A DNA stretch of 64,000 bases from Acutalibacteraceae bacterium (GTDB taxonomy: Bacteria > Bacillota > Clostridia > Oscillospirales > Acutalibacteraceae). Positions 62,794-64,000 of the stretch are shown here, piece by piece. Under the pieces are notes generated by a model that was not told where the DNA came from, searched no databases, and worked only from the letters and a program-made list of their open reading frames with translations. Each line of letters starts with the position of its first letter. The stretch's first letter is position 1. A program made the translations under genes and the position numbers. The DNA is taken from the NCBI GenBank assembly GCA_045544455.1, contig JAZPYZ010000022.1, positions 8,819-72,818 of the forward strand, read 5' to 3'.

Positions 62794-63696
62794 TTACAGG
62801 TCAATGCGTCCGTACAACGTGGCGGAAGTTTCTTTTTCCGACTCGGTTCGAGACGGCGGCGTGATATCTTCGGCCGTCGGCAACGGATTGCTGCGCGGCA
62901 CAAATTCGCGCACCTGCCGTACCGGACGCGAGATGATCACATCTTCGTCACGACGGCCGCCGCGTTTACCGCTTTGGTCACGGCGTTTACCGTTCGAACG
63001 CTTGTTGCGCGCCGGACGGGACGAGGTCGGTACGTCTTTGCCGACTTCGCTATCGGTTTCCAACCCGATCACCACACGGCGATACGGTTCGTTCCCGACA
63101 CTCCACGACGTCACCCCTTCGACCTCCTGGATCGTGGTATGGATGATCCGGCGTTCATACGGACTCATCGGCTCCAGGGTGGAACGGCGGTGATTTTTCA
63201 TCACTTGATTGCCAATACGTTTGGCCAGATCCACCAACGCTTTGCGGCGTTTTTCGCGGTAGTTGCCGACATCCAGCGTCACCCGATAATAGGATTCGCC
63301 TTGTCGGTTCGCGACCAGACTGGTCAGATACTGCAACGCATCCAACGTGTCGCCGCGCCGGCCGATGATAAAGCCCAAATGCTCACCTTCGATGGTGATG
63401 GTGCATCCGCCGTCGGTTTCTTCGACGTGGAATTCCACGTCGCTTTTCCCAAACGCCGCCAGGATCTCTTTCAGATACGCCACGGCCGCGCCGGCAGGGG
63501 ACAGGTCCGCTTTCACGGTCGCGCGCACGATCGCGTCACAACCGCCAAACAAACCAAGCGCTTTTTTCTGCGGTTCTTGCAACACTTCAAACGAGAGTTG
63601 CTCTTCCGGCACGCCGAGTGCTTCTGCGGCCGCCGCTTTCGCTTCCTCAATGGTGGAAGCCTCTTTTACGATTTCGTTTGCCAACTTTCGGTTCAT
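62794..63696 (-). CDS. jag: Jag/KhpB RNA-binding protein (Jag_N + KH + R3H) with ~90-aa basic C-terminal extension
   Basis: Jag_N: ASTIEEAKAAAAEALGVPEEQLSFEVLQEPQKK. R3H: LEPMSPYERRIIHTTIQEVEGVTSWSVGNEPYRRVVI. Its ATG overlaps the yidC stop by 4 nt. Confidence 0.9.
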   Translation of the reverse strand: MNRKLANEIVKEASTIEEAKAAAAEALGVPEEQLSFEVLQEPQKKALGLFGGCDAIVRATVKADLSPAGAAVAYLKEILAAFGKSDVEFHVEETDGGCTITIEGEHLGFIIGRRGDTLDALQYLTSLVANRQGESYYRVTLDVGNYREKRRKALVDLAKRIGNQVMKNHRRSTLEPMSPYERRIIHTTIQEVEGVTSWSVGNEPYRRVVIGLETDSEVGKDVPTSSRPARNKRSNGKRRDQSGKRGGRRDEDVIISRPVRQVREFVPRSNPLPTAEDITPPSRTESEKETSATLYGRIDL

Positions 63697-64000
63697 TCCT
63701 TTCCTTCATCGGTTTGATCGATGATATTTGCATCCTCCGATGAAGTAGGCGTAGTGTCGGAGAGGTTGCTTTCTTCAGGTTTCGGTTCGGCCGGTTTGGC
63801 CGCTTTTTTGGTGGGTTTTTTCCCTTTCGCGGCGGCTTCGTTATTAAGTTTCGCTATCTCGCGTTGTTCTCTGGCGCGCGATTCGGCCAACCGTTTTTTG
63901 TCTTCGCGTTTTTGACGGCGGCGTTCTTCGTACTCGACCTCCGCTTGTGCCCGAATCTTCGCCGGGTTATAGATCGTGTTCAAAATCACCGTCTGTATCA
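63693..64000 (-). CDS. yidC: Membrane protein insertase YidC, 3' end only (runs off the window end)
   Basis: The frame is open to nt 64000; the track's GTG at 63989 is internal. ...QTVILNTIYNPAKIRAQ is followed by a Lys/Glu-rich tail, and the gene sits directly upstream of jag as in other Firmicutes. Confidence 0.7.
   Translation of the reverse strand, partial: IQTVILNTIYNPAKIRAQAEVEYEERRRQKREDKKRLAESRAREQREIAKLNNEAAAKGKKPTKKAAKPAEPKPEESNLSDTTPTSSEDANIIDQTDEGKE

Overview
Densely coding 64-kb chromosomal window from a Gram-positive, Clostridia-like (Bacillota) bacterium. It lies just left of the replication origin: yidC-jag-mnmG-rsmG sit at the right edge and parAB with two perfect parS sites sits near 50 kb. 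I call 54 CDS, 40 of them on the minus strand, which fits a replication fork moving leftwards. (1) 1-20.4 kb, all minus strand, is an accessory glycan-utilisation-type locus. It encodes a 990-aa CBM-decorated solute-binding protein plus two permeases, an NHL/TPR - Yip1 - DUF5696-like trio, a second permease pair plus a CBM-bearing SBP, an 1166-aa modular surface protein, an AraC regulator, and two tandem paralogous lipoprotein enzymes. The last paralog is absent from the supplied ORF track. No ABC ATPase is encoded. (2) 21-50 kb is mostly housekeeping (M18 aminopeptidase, SLT, coaE, tsaC, prfA, greA, lysS, obg, serS, parAB). It also contains an odd operon: nifS - class B sortase - thiI - [CinA::TM::catalytically dead sortase-B-like::SpoIID fusion] - mnmE - hexapeptide-repeat protein. 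(3) 50-60 kb is a mixed block: two MgtC genes, a secreted ConA-like protein plus an SGNH esterase, a flavoprotein, tRNA-Arg(CCU), tagD, DUF3048, and DeoR with a G1P-dehydrogenase-like gene and a TIM-barrel isomerase. The only RNA gene is tRNA-Arg(CCU). It is followed by a 5'-truncated second copy that is split by a 73-nt strongly structured insert. I saw no CRISPR array, transposase, integrase, phage genes or recognisable defence genes. Most long plus-strand ORFs in the track are antisense shadows of minus-strand genes. All family assignments come from motif recognition by eye; no searches were run.
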